A stretch of 41,238 bases of DNA from assembly GCA_964391305.1 (NCBI GenBank), contig CAYMJO010000002.1:1-41238 (forward strand), in the 5' to 3' direction. The stretch comes from an uncultured Candidatus Saccharibacteria bacterium. Its GTDB lineage: Bacteria; Patescibacteriota; CALEFQ01. Below are positions 14,903 through 24,514 of this stretch, piece after piece. The notes beneath the pieces were generated by a model. It had not been told where the DNA came from. It worked only from the letters and a program-made list of their open reading frames with translations, and made no database searches. Numbering within the stretch: position 1 is the first letter of the stretch; every line of letters begins with the position of its first letter. The position numbers and the translations under genes were made by a program.

Positions 14903-15937
14903 ATGGCAGATAAACCAAAAATTTCAATAATCACTGCGACTCTCAATGCGGAAGAAGCGCTGAAAGTTTGTTATGAAGCGATTGCCAAACAAAGTTATCC
15001 AAAAGATAAAATCGAATTGATCATAGGAGATGGAGGCTCGGAAGATAAAACGCGAGATGTTGCAAAAAGTTTTGGTGCAAAGATCGCCAATAATCCGCTC
15101 AAAACCGCGGAAGCAGGAAAAGCGGCGGCGCTCAAGCTCGCGACTGGCAGTATTGTCGCAATCATAGATTCAGATAATGTCATGCCCAACGAAAATTGGC
15201 TCAAGCGGATGACAGAGCCTTTCCAAGATCCCGACATCATTGCGAGCGAACCTTGGGAATACACTTACCGCAGAGAAGATTCGGCTATTACGCGCTATTC
15301 TTCACTAATCGGCATGAACGATCCTTTATGCCTTTTCCTCGGAAATTATGATAGAAAAAATTTTATAACAAATAAATGGACGGCAATAAATCTAAAGCAA
15401 GAAGATAAAGGAAATTATTTAAAAGTTTATTTGAGTGGCAGAAAGCTTCCAACAATCGGCGCCAATGGATTTGTCATTAGAATGGAGGAACTTAAGAAAT
15501 GTTCGGTTGATAAATATGTTTTCGATATAGATCTTCTGTATGAATTGATCCAAAGAAAAGGCGGAAAAATTATTGTTGCCAAAGTCAAGACGGGAATCAT
15601 CCATCTATATTGCGACAGCGTTTCAACTTTTATAAGAAAGCAGAAAAGGCGAGTGAAAGATTTTTTCTATTTTGGAGAAAAGAAAGAAGATGCCGCGAAG
15701 TATCCGTGGATGAAGTACTATCTTCCCAAGGTGCTTTTGTTCTGCTTGGCATGCGTTACGATTGTTCCCCTATTGATCCAAATACTGATTGGATATTCCC
15801 GCAAGCCGGATTATATCTGGTGGTTTCATTTTGTTGCGTGCTGGATAACTTTGTGGTTGTATGGTTGGGGAGTTGTGTTTAATATGATTTTGCCCAAAAA
15901 AGCGGCCGATAGGAGTGATTGGAAGCAGACAAAATAA
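14903..15937 (+). CDS. GT2 glycosyltransferase with C-terminal TM segments
   Basis: Motifs: ISIITATLNAEE, LIIGDGGSEDKT and IIDSDNVM (DxD). The C-terminus is hydrophobic (LLFCLACVTIVPLLIQILI, WWFHFVACWITLWLYGWGVVF). Confidence 0.85.
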   Translation: MADKPKISIITATLNAEEALKVCYEAIAKQSYPKDKIELIIGDGGSEDKTRDVAKSFGAKIANNPLKTAEAGKAAALKLATGSIVAIIDSDNVMPNENWLKRMTEPFQDPDIIASEPWEYTYRREDSAITRYSSLIGMNDPLCLFLGNYDRKNFITNKWTAINLKQEDKGNYLKVYLSGRKLPTIGANGFVIRMEELKKCSVDKYVFDIDLLYELIQRKGGKIIVAKVKTGIIHLYCDSVSTFIRKQKRRVKDFFYFGEKKEDAAKYPWMKYYLPKVLLFCLACVTIVPLLIQILIGYSRKPDYIWWFHFVACWITLWLYGWGVVFNMILPKKAADRSDWKQTK

Positions 15938-15964
15938 TAGCGCCAAACCAAATTTTCACGCACC

Positions 15965-18280
15965 ATGCGAATATTTTTCTTAAATCACAATCAAGAACGA
16001 TTTGGGACATACTGGAGATGTTTGTTTTTGGGTAAATATTTGTCAAAACTCGGGCATGACATAACGATGGTCTGCGCGAGCGGAAAGGAATTTGACTTGC
16101 TTATCAGAAAACAGAAAATCAACGACCATTTCACCATCATTACTTTACCCCGTGTCAAGTACGCGCAATATATGACGGGACAGCTTTGGAGACTGGTGAT
16201 TTCTGTTTTTCAGGCTCTCTTTTATCGTTACGACATATTTCATGCTTTTACAGTTGCCCAACCACAAATCGGTGTTCCCGCATGGGTTGCCAAAAAAATC
16301 CGCCGCAAGCCAATGATTGTCGATTGGGATGATCTTTGGGCTGGGGGCTTTGCCGAGGCTCATCGTCCCATCATAAAAAAAGTCCTGACAAAATTCGAGC
16401 GAACAATTCCATATTATGCAGATCGCGTTACTTATGTTTCCAAATACTTGGGTGGCGAAGTTGCCAAGCTCGGACTGGAAAAACGGGCAACGCGAATACC
16501 AAACGGGGCGAACATAGACCAAATAAAAGTGTTGGACAAGGCAGATTGCCGTCGTAAACTCAAGCTCGATCCTAATGGCAAATATTTATTGTCCATGGGA
16601 AACACCTATTTTCAGAGCTTTAGAATACTCATGCAGTCCGCAGGAAAAGCAATGAAAAAAGATCCAAAGATCAAGCTGATTCTTCTTGGACAAATAGAAT
16701 CGATTCCGGACTTTGCCCGTAAATACTACAAAGAAATAAAAGATCGTATTATCATAGCCGGATCACGTCCATTTGAGGAAGTTCCGCTTTATATGGGCGC
16801 TAGCGACGCTTTGGTTTTACCGATGGACAATGACCCTATTGAATACGCGCGTTTTCCGATTCGATTCGGAGATTACCTTTGTGCCGGAAGACCGATAGTT
16901 TCCAACGCAGTCGGCGAAGTGAAACGTTACATGAATGAATACGACTGCGGATTGGCAAGCGCTTACGATGACATTGACGGTCTTGCAGACAATATTAACA
17001 AAGTTCTCAACGATAATGAACTTGCAGGCAAGTTGGGTAAGTCCGCTAGATTTGTCGCAGAGAATAAATTACAATGGCAGTTGATCGCTGAAAAGATGAA
17101 CAATGTTTATAAATCACTCAACAAAAAACTTGGTGATAAACTAAACATTGTTATTCTTTCACCGTTTTATCTTCCAAATGTGGGCGGAGTTGAAACACAT
17201 ATTGACGATCTATGCCGTTATTACCAAAAACATGGACACCACACGCATGTGATCACCTACAAGCCTCTGACAACGTCGGTCAAGGCGTTGCGGTATGAAA
17301 AGAAAAAGAATTTAGAGATCCATCGCGTTGCCTGGATTGGCTGGGGCCTTTTTCATAAATTTGAGAAGCATCCCGTAGTTCAGTTTCTCTATTTGACCCC
17401 CGTGCTGTTTGTTTTCACTTGGTATTTATTATTTGTCAAAAAAATCAAGTACGATACGATCCATGCTCATGGTTTCACTGCGGCGCTAATTACAAATATC
17501 CTCAACCGTTTTAATAAAAAACCGATTGTTTGCAGTATGCACGCAATTTATAACTTTGACGAGAGAAAATCCCTTGCCGATATTTGCCGCAGGATTCTCT
17601 GGCCCTTCGATCATGTTTTTTGTCTGGCACAACGTTCTGTCGAGGATTTGGTTGCCGCCGGTCTGCCGCGCGAAAAGCTCTCGCCTTATGTTCAATGGGT
17701 TGATCAGGAAAAAATCTTCAAACCTCGAAACAGGGAAGAGTGCCGCAGGAAGCTTGGTCTTTCGAACAAGTTCACGGTCTTATTTTTGGGACGTCTAATA
17801 GATAAGAAAGGCGTGAGCGTTCTTATGAAAGCTTCCGAGAGAGTTGACAAGGATGTTCAATTCGTTTTTGTCGGAGATGGTCCTATGAAGCAGAAACTTG
17901 ATGAATTTGCAAAGAAGCACGAAAATATTATTTCAGCTGGCAGAAAAAGTCAGAAAGAAGCTGGTTTATATTATTGTGCGACAGATGTTGTCGTCGTTCC
18001 GTCACAATATGAAGAAGGTTTTGCCAGAGTTGTTCTCGAAACCCTATCATCTGGCCGTCCGATAATCGCATCCAATAAGGGTTGTCTTCGGGAAATGATC
18101 ACAAAAGATGTCGGAGTTTTGCTCGATCCAACTATCGAAAATATCGCAAGAGCAATCAATAGATTTTACAAAAATACTGATGAATTGCGAGCGCTTGAGA
18201 AAAACTGCCGTGAATACGCGCTGAAGAATTTCAGCGATAAAAATTGTGAACATATTCTTCATTATTATTATCAACAATAG
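15965..18280 (+). CDS. Fused double GT4 glycosyltransferase (two GT-B modules in 771 aa)
   Basis: Module 1 covers ~15965-17140 and module 2 ~17141-18280. Module 2 has canonical motifs (LSPFYLPNVGGVETH, GRLIDKKGV, EEGFARVVLETLSSGRPII with E-x7-E). In module 1 the equivalent site is degenerate (FPIRFGDYLCAGRPIV). Confidence 0.85.
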   Translation: MRIFFLNHNQERFGTYWRCLFLGKYLSKLGHDITMVCASGKEFDLLIRKQKINDHFTIITLPRVKYAQYMTGQLWRLVISVFQALFYRYDIFHAFTVAQPQIGVPAWVAKKIRRKPMIVDWDDLWAGGFAEAHRPIIKKVLTKFERTIPYYADRVTYVSKYLGGEVAKLGLEKRATRIPNGANIDQIKVLDKADCRRKLKLDPNGKYLLSMGNTYFQSFRILMQSAGKAMKKDPKIKLILLGQIESIPDFARKYYKEIKDRIIIAGSRPFEEVPLYMGASDALVLPMDNDPIEYARFPIRFGDYLCAGRPIVSNAVGEVKRYMNEYDCGLASAYDDIDGLADNINKVLNDNELAGKLGKSARFVAENKLQWQLIAEKMNNVYKSLNKKLGDKLNIVILSPFYLPNVGGVETHIDDLCRYYQKHGHHTHVITYKPLTTSVKALRYEKKKNLEIHRVAWIGWGLFHKFEKHPVVQFLYLTPVLFVFTWYLLFVKKIKYDTIHAHGFTAALITNILNRFNKKPIVCSMHAIYNFDERKSLADICRRILWPFDHVFCLAQRSVEDLVAAGLPREKLSPYVQWVDQEKIFKPRNREECRRKLGLSNKFTVLFLGRLIDKKGVSVLMKASERVDKDVQFVFVGDGPMKQKLDEFAKKHENIISAGRKSQKEAGLYYCATDVVVVPSQYEEGFARVVLETLSSGRPIIASNKGCLREMITKDVGVLLDPTIENIARAINRFYKNTDELRALEKNCREYALKNFSDKNCEHILHYYYQQ

Positions 18281-18282
18281 CC

Positions 18283-19296
18283 ATGCCACGGGGGATTTAC
18301 GATCTCGTCATATACAATCACGGCGTGAAAAAACTCGCGGCTTCAATATTGCGAAGCGGCTGGTTTGTCAATAATCCTGTTTATAATTTCTTTTACAGGC
18401 GACGGATGCATGACCAAATGAAAAAATATGAAAAAATTCCGTTTCGGGTCATGGTGGAAAACACGAATATCTGCAATTCCAAATGTACGTTTTGTCCTCA
18501 CGAAACCATGAAGCGCCCAAAGGGTTTTATGGATAAAAGACTCTTCGAAAAAGTTGCTAAGGAATGCAAGAAGCTTGGAATAGAATATTTTACCATTTAC
18601 GGCTTCGGGGAACCGCTACTCGATAAAGATTTTGTAAAAAAAGTTGAATTTGCAAAGAAATTAGGATTGAAGCGAGTCACAACCAACACCAATGGAGAGC
18701 TTTTAACGAAGGATTTATCAGAAAAATTAATAAATGCCGGACTTGATGAAATTTATATCAGTTTTGACGCGGCTACCGACGCCGCTTATAGAAAAGTCCG
18801 ACCCATACTAAGTTTTCAAAAAACTGAAAAGAACATCAGGGATTTGATGGCTTTGAAACAAAAATTGGGGACTGACAAGCCGGAGGTCACGCTTAGTTTT
18901 GTTGAAAGCAATACAAATAGGCACGAAGTTAAGAAGTATATAAAAAAATGGAAAGACGTTGTAGATAATATTTCCATATCTATCATTCACAATTGGACAG
19001 GCAAGATCACAAGCCAAATGAGCAACAAAAAAAATCTGCGAAGAGATCCCTGTCGTCTTCTCTGGATGGATATGGTAATTAGTTGGAACGGAGACGTTCC
19101 ATTATGTTGTAATGATTACGAAAATAAGGTAATCTTGGGAAATATCAAGAATGAATCCATTCCCAAAATTTGGAATGGAAAGCTTTTGCGTTTGACTAGA
19201 AAAGAGCATATTGACGGCAATTATAGCGTCAACAAAATTTGCAATCAATGTGAATACAATTTCCACTACAAATCGCCTTGGTGGATTGGGAAATGA
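18283..19296 (+). CDS. Radical SAM enzyme with a SPASM/twitch-like C-terminal Cys domain
   Basis: Cluster motif NICNSKCTFCPHE (Cx3Cx2C). The C-terminal cysteines are CRLLW...PLCCNDY...CNQCE. Confidence 0.8.
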   Translation: MPRGIYDLVIYNHGVKKLAASILRSGWFVNNPVYNFFYRRRMHDQMKKYEKIPFRVMVENTNICNSKCTFCPHETMKRPKGFMDKRLFEKVAKECKKLGIEYFTIYGFGEPLLDKDFVKKVEFAKKLGLKRVTTNTNGELLTKDLSEKLINAGLDEIYISFDAATDAAYRKVRPILSFQKTEKNIRDLMALKQKLGTDKPEVTLSFVESNTNRHEVKKYIKKWKDVVDNISISIIHNWTGKITSQMSNKKNLRRDPCRLLWMDMVISWNGDVPLCCNDYENKVILGNIKNESIPKIWNGKLLRLTRKEHIDGNYSVNKICNQCEYNFHYKSPWWIGK

Positions 19297-19437
19297 CGGA
19301 ATACCAAAACCCAAAGCCCAAGGAAATTCAGATGTTAAAAAATGCCAAATTCCAAAGTTTGTCAGTTGTCATTTTTTTGACATTTAGACTTTGTAACTTG
19401 AAATTTTTTTGAGCTTTGAAATTTAAGTTATTCTTCA

Positions 19438-20964
19438 ATGGACAATAAGAAGCAAAATTATTATGACGCCGTTTTTGTCTCTCCACCGTCAAGAATGGTA
19501 AACCATTACCGCCCGCCGGTTGCTTTGATGTACTTGGCTGGGTACTTACAGCATAAAGGCATGAAGCCATATATTATTGACTGCCCAATGAAAGAAGTTG
19601 TGCGTAAACAGAAATTTTACGACAACGTTTTGGAAGAGATGAAAAAAATTGAAGACCAGATGGTTCAAGAATTTAAATGGCTGAAGACAAAAATAGTAGG
19701 CGTCACTTTTTACACAGCGGAATATAACGAGGTTTTCAGCCTTGCAAAACGTTTTAAGAAAATCGATCCGGATGTCAAGATTGTCGTTGGGGGCATTCAT
19801 CCAACTTTTTACACTGACGAAGTTTTTGAGGATAAGGATTCTCCGATAGATTTTGCGATTATTGGCGAGGGTGAAATGACGATGTACGAATTAACTCAGA
19901 CAATTCAGGATGGAAAAAAGGATTTTCGTAACATCAAAGGAATTGCTTATCGTGACCGATTGTCTGGCAAAATTGTCAAGACACCCGCACGTTGCATCAC
20001 AGATAATCTAGATGGCATTTCTTTTCCTGCTTATAATTTGGTGGACATGGAATATTACACCAATGCATCACCTTATGCGATCCGCGGAGTTTTTCTACGC
20101 TCAACTCATGTTCTTGGCGGTCGAGGATGTCCTTCACAGTGCACTTTTTGTGTTTCAAAAAAACTGCGGGAGTATAGCGGCGGAGGAAAGTTTGTCCGAA
20201 TGCGAAGCCCTAAAAGTCTGGTGAAAGAAATCCGTTATCTGAAAAAAAAATATAGAATTGATTCGTTCTTTTTCATGGATGATCTTTTTACTCTTAACAA
20301 GCAGAATGTAATCGAATTTTGCGATTTGATGAAGAAAGAAAAAGTTGATATTTTGTGGGGCTGTGCTTCCAAAGTTTCGACACTAAACGAAGCTGTAATT
20401 AAAAAAATGGCTGAATCCGGATGTATCCAAATCGAATTTGGAGTGGAGCGCGCATCGGATCATGCCTTGCGCTTGTTGAAAAAGGGGATAACTATTAAAA
20501 AAGTCCGCGAGGTTTACCGTCTTTGTAAAAAATACAAGATTCGGACTTATACTAACATGCTCGTGAATGTTCCCGAAGAAACGGAGAAAGATTTGCAGGA
20601 TATTCTGGATCTTCTGAAAGATCTAGACTCGGAACTGGTCAGCATTAATGTTTTTATTCCACATCCGGGGACAGAAATTTATGAAAAATCCATATACAAT
20701 TTTACTAAAGAAGAATATCCGCTTTTGAGTTTCGCACATCCAGATTTTAAACCATTTCAAAGTTCGCTGAAATTTCATAAACACAACCTTGATATATTTA
20801 AGTGGACGGATGATCACATGAAGGAAACGAATAAAATCATTCCAAGCCTAAAATTTCATGTATCTTTTAAGTATTGGCGGACAATTTTGATGTCCAAACG
20901 TAAGCTGAACTATTTGAAGCAAGTGGGCGTACTTGCCCAAGAATTCTTTATGCAAAAATTTTGA
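19438..20964 (+). CDS. B12-binding-domain radical SAM enzyme (class B)
   Basis: The N-terminal B12-like Rossmann segment is IVGVTFYTAEY...KIVVGGIHPTFY. The cluster motif is GGRGCPSQCTFC. Confidence 0.85.
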   Translation: MDNKKQNYYDAVFVSPPSRMVNHYRPPVALMYLAGYLQHKGMKPYIIDCPMKEVVRKQKFYDNVLEEMKKIEDQMVQEFKWLKTKIVGVTFYTAEYNEVFSLAKRFKKIDPDVKIVVGGIHPTFYTDEVFEDKDSPIDFAIIGEGEMTMYELTQTIQDGKKDFRNIKGIAYRDRLSGKIVKTPARCITDNLDGISFPAYNLVDMEYYTNASPYAIRGVFLRSTHVLGGRGCPSQCTFCVSKKLREYSGGGKFVRMRSPKSLVKEIRYLKKKYRIDSFFFMDDLFTLNKQNVIEFCDLMKKEKVDILWGCASKVSTLNEAVIKKMAESGCIQIEFGVERASDHALRLLKKGITIKKVREVYRLCKKYKIRTYTNMLVNVPEETEKDLQDILDLLKDLDSELVSINVFIPHPGTEIYEKSIYNFTKEEYPLLSFAHPDFKPFQSSLKFHKHNLDIFKWTDDHMKETNKIIPSLKFHVSFKYWRTILMSKRKLNYLKQVGVLAQEFFMQKF

Positions 20965-20968
20965 TCTT

Positions 20969-21916
20969 ATGTCTTTCCCAAATGAACAATTTCTAAATAT
21001 TCTCGCTTGCCCTTGTTGTGGCGATTCTCTGAAATCCGCCAAGAGTGGTTTGATATGCAATGGGTGCCAAGAAAAATTTCGGGTTTGCAGAGGAATACCA
21101 GTACTTCTGTCCAAAGTCTCCGATGCGGCATCTGCCATAGACGAAGTTTCTGAAAGGATATGGAAAAAATTGTATGAAGACAAAAAAGATATGTACGATC
21201 CGAAAGCTCCGCCCAAGGAAATCGCCGCTACGGCAAAAAGCGTCAGGCAAATTTTAAGACTTCAGGATAAAAGCCGGGGAATCTTTATGGAAGCGGGTTG
21301 CGGCACAGGTCGAACTGCTTTGGAAATCGCGTGCCATTCGCAACTAACCATCATTTGTCTTGATCGCTCGCTGCAAGCTCTACTCAAGGCACAGCAGTTA
21401 TTTGCACAGACCAATCAGCCGGCTCACTTTGTTTGCGGAGATTTACGTAATTTGCCATTTAAGAGCAACAGCTTGAATTATGTTTTTTCCGATGGAACTA
21501 TCGAGCATTTCAAAGAAACACAAACTGCCGTAGATGAATTTAGGCGTGTTCTCAAAAACAAAGGACAAGTGCTCGCCACGGTTCCTCACTTGGCTCTTGG
21601 AATGCTGACCTATGGACAATTGCAAGGCAACATTCCCAATGTTTTCCCGTTGCGAAACTTGCTTGAGTTTTTTCATATAAAACTGATGAAGGGAAAATTT
21701 TTGATCAATGGTTTTGAATTGTCATTTACTCGAAGACAACTTGCGCGCATTTTTAAAAATTTTTATAAAAAAAATACCGGTTATTTCAAGTCATATAACG
21801 AAATTAGTTTTATAAAAAATCAGCGTCTGAAGAAGATATTGCGGAAAATGTCTGATAATAAATTTTTTTGTCCGGTGATTTACGCGCACGGGATAAAAGA
21901 TCTACGAAGAAGATAA
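20969..21916 (+). CDS. Class I SAM-dependent methyltransferase with an N-terminal Trm112-like zinc ribbon
   Basis: Zinc ribbon: LACPCCGDSLKSAKSGLICNGCQEKFRVCRGIPVLL. Motif I is FMEAGCGTGRTA. ATG at 20969 is preferred; the ORF track start at 20933 overlaps the upstream gene. Confidence 0.8.
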   Translation: MSFPNEQFLNILACPCCGDSLKSAKSGLICNGCQEKFRVCRGIPVLLSKVSDAASAIDEVSERIWKKLYEDKKDMYDPKAPPKEIAATAKSVRQILRLQDKSRGIFMEAGCGTGRTALEIACHSQLTIICLDRSLQALLKAQQLFAQTNQPAHFVCGDLRNLPFKSNSLNYVFSDGTIEHFKETQTAVDEFRRVLKNKGQVLATVPHLALGMLTYGQLQGNIPNVFPLRNLLEFFHIKLMKGKFLINGFELSFTRRQLARIFKNFYKKNTGYFKSYNEISFIKNQRLKKILRKMSDNKFFCPVIYAHGIKDLRRR

Positions 21917-21920
21917 TTTT

Positions 21921-22646
21921 ATGAGAGAAAAAAAAGATTTCTATTCCAAAAACCGCGCAATAGATATAATGGAAACAGGTAATTCTTATAATTACCTGAT
22001 TGGTCTTCTGAAATTTTTTGGTTTGAAAAAATTTCTGGATATTGGCTGCGGCGATGGATCATTTGCCAGCGCCGTTGGTAAAGCATGTGGCTGTGAGGTG
22101 AGTGGAGTGGATATTGCCGCACAATCTGTCAGTGAGGCAAGGGCTCGCGGCGTGGACGCGCATATTATAGATCTGGATGAAAAAAATTTGCCTTTTCCAA
22201 ATGAAACTTTTGATTGCGTATTCTGCGGCTATATCATTGAGCATTTGTATTCGCCGGATCATATGATGGAAGAGGCTCGCCGCGTGCTTAAACGGGGCGG
22301 AAAGATTATCGTTACGACTGCGAACCTGGCTTCTTGGTTCAATCGATTATCTCTTCTATTTGGCTATCAACCGATCTTTACGGATGTCAGCTTGAAGCAC
22401 AGCTTCGGACATCTCTGGAAACTCGCGCCAATGGGTCATTTGCGCCTGTATACTTATAGAGCTCTTCGAAAAATGATCGAGATTTACGGATTTAAAATAA
22501 TCAAGGTCAAGGGATTGGGAATAAGCAACAAATTCGGTTTCGGCAAATCACATCCATGGATCGCTAATTTTGCAAATTTTATTTTTCAAAAACCCTCTTT
22601 ATGTTCCCATTTAATCATTATGGGAACCAAAGAATCAAAAAGATGA
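21921..22646 (+). CDS. Class I SAM-dependent methyltransferase (MetW-like layout)
   Basis: Motif I is LDIGCGDGSFA, followed by FCGYIIEHLYSP and a C-terminal NLASWFNRLSLLFGYQP segment that recalls MetW-type proteins. Confidence 0.8.
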   Translation: MREKKDFYSKNRAIDIMETGNSYNYLIGLLKFFGLKKFLDIGCGDGSFASAVGKACGCEVSGVDIAAQSVSEARARGVDAHIIDLDEKNLPFPNETFDCVFCGYIIEHLYSPDHMMEEARRVLKRGGKIIVTTANLASWFNRLSLLFGYQPIFTDVSLKHSFGHLWKLAPMGHLRLYTYRALRKMIEIYGFKIIKVKGLGISNKFGFGKSHPWIANFANFIFQKPSLCSHLIIMGTKESKR

Positions 22647-23425
22647 AATCGGGCAATACAGACAATTATAGTAAATTATATACAAAAGATTATTTGCTCA
22701 ATATCAACGGAGGCGGCGAGGAGTTTTCGGCTGGTAAAATATCAAGAAGACTTCAGCAGGCGATAGATCTGGTCGATTTTAAACAAAGTGATAAAATTTT
22801 GGATTTAGGTGCTGGGTGCGGAGAATTCGGATATGCTCTCCGTGATAAAGTTGAAGAAATAGTTCTATCCGATTATTCCGACGACGCATTGGCGATCATG
22901 CGGGAAAGAATTGATGAGAATGAAAAAGTGCGAATTGAGAAGATCAATGCAAAGAAAATTTCTTATCCTGACAATTATTTCGATAAAATATTTTTACTGG
23001 AAGTTATCGAACATTTATATCCAAACGAAGCCGATATTGTTCTTCGGGAGATAAAGCGTGTCTTGAAGAAAAACGGAGAATTGGTGATATCGACAAGTCC
23101 CAATAAATATTTGTCTTATCCTCAATATTTTATTGCCGAGAAAATTTTCAAGCTAAAGCTAAAGGAGTATCATGTCAACGAATTTTCATTTTTTTCTTTT
23201 CAAAAAAAGATCAGAAAACATTTTCCCTATTGCAAAATTTATTGCTATCAGGAGAAACTATGGTTTGACATTTGCCTCAAAGAAGCAGCTGTTCCAAAAT
23301 TTGTCAAAAGTCTCGTGCATTCGTTTAATGTCGTTTACGACTGGAAACCGTTTGTCTATTTAAGAGACAGATCTCCATTGAACCGTTTTTTGGCTATTCA
23401 CTATAACGCCGTGGCAAGAAAGTAG
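22643..23425 (+). CDS. Class I SAM-dependent methyltransferase
   Basis: Motif I is ILDLGAGCGEFG, followed by FLLEVIEHLYP. The ATG at 22643 overlaps the upstream TGA in an ATGA junction; the ORF track start at 22601 is less likely. Confidence 0.8.
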   Translation: MKSGNTDNYSKLYTKDYLLNINGGGEEFSAGKISRRLQQAIDLVDFKQSDKILDLGAGCGEFGYALRDKVEEIVLSDYSDDALAIMRERIDENEKVRIEKINAKKISYPDNYFDKIFLLEVIEHLYPNEADIVLREIKRVLKKNGELVISTSPNKYLSYPQYFIAEKIFKLKLKEYHVNEFSFFSFQKKIRKHFPYCKIYCYQEKLWFDICLKEAAVPKFVKSLVHSFNVVYDWKPFVYLRDRSPLNRFLAIHYNAVARK

Positions 23426-23437
23426 TTTATTTGTTCT

Positions 23438-24502
23438 ATGAAATATATTTTCAAGGGATTAAAAAATATCATAAACCAGACCGGGCCAAAAGCCCGCGGC
23501 TTGACTTGGCAGTCGTTGAAGAATTACACATGGGCTTTCATGAAAATTCCCACGAGAGTTCCTCTGCCGGTAGAGATCCAATTGGAACCGTCCGCGCTTT
23601 GCAACTTGAGATGTAAAATGTGCACACTGGACAAAGATACAAAAGGCGATAAATTCCTTAGCCGGCAGAATCTTAAAAAACTTTTGAATGATTTGGGTCA
23701 GTTGAAAACGATCAATTTCACAGGAATGGGAGAGAGCTTGCTGAATAAAGATCTGGAGTTTTTGATAAAAGAGGCCAAGTGGTCTGGGATTGAAACCTAT
23801 TTCATTACCAATGGGCAATTGCTTTCCAAAGAGAGAGCAAATAGGCTAATCAAAGCCGGTTTGGACAAAATCGCGATTTCGATTGAAAGTGCGGATCCGA
23901 AAATTTATGAAAAGATTCGCGGAGGAGTATCTTTTGATAAATTGGAAAAAAATATCTCCGATTTGAAGAGAGTAATCAAGAAAAATAATGCCAAAATCAA
24001 ATTGGGCTTCAATGTGGTATTTTTAAAAGAAAATATAAACGATCTAGATAGTATTTTTAAAATAATAGACTTCGCAAAGAAATTTGATATTGATTTCATC
24101 TCATTCCAAAATGTCCACGATGCTTTCATGAATCAAACTATTTCTTTTTTTAAAAAAGACAAGGGTTTATTGATAAGAAATTTATTTGAAATCGAAAAAT
24201 ATTGCGGGCAAAAAGAGATAGAGGTTTCATTGCCTTCGGTTGAAATGAAACCAAATAGCTGTTATTATCCATGGATATATCCCTTTATTACGGCCTCCGG
24301 CGAATTGTTGCCCTGTTGCGTGATTCCCCAGTTTGGAGCATATCAAAAAATAGTTGAAAAATATTCTTTTGGAAATGTTTTTACAGACAGCTTCGCAAAA
24401 GTTTGGAATGGATCAAAGGCCGCAGCCTTTCGCAAGACGCTTACAAGAAAGAAACCAGACAAGCATTGCAGACGATGTTCAAAGTATTTGAATATTTTAT
24501 AA
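23438..24502 (+). CDS. Radical SAM enzyme with a SPASM/twitch-like C-terminal Cys domain (paralog of 18283-19296)
   Basis: Cluster motif ALCNLRCKMC (Cx3Cx2C). The C-terminal cysteines are SCYYPW...LLPCCVIP...CRRCSKY, the same Cys pattern as the paralog. Confidence 0.8.
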   Translation: MKYIFKGLKNIINQTGPKARGLTWQSLKNYTWAFMKIPTRVPLPVEIQLEPSALCNLRCKMCTLDKDTKGDKFLSRQNLKKLLNDLGQLKTINFTGMGESLLNKDLEFLIKEAKWSGIETYFITNGQLLSKERANRLIKAGLDKIAISIESADPKIYEKIRGGVSFDKLEKNISDLKRVIKKNNAKIKLGFNVVFLKENINDLDSIFKIIDFAKKFDIDFISFQNVHDAFMNQTISFFKKDKGLLIRNLFEIEKYCGQKEIEVSLPSVEMKPNSCYYPWIYPFITASGELLPCCVIPQFGAYQKIVEKYSFGNVFTDSFAKVWNGSKAAAFRKTLTRKKPDKHCRRCSKYLNIL

Positions 24503-24514
24503 AAAATCATATCA

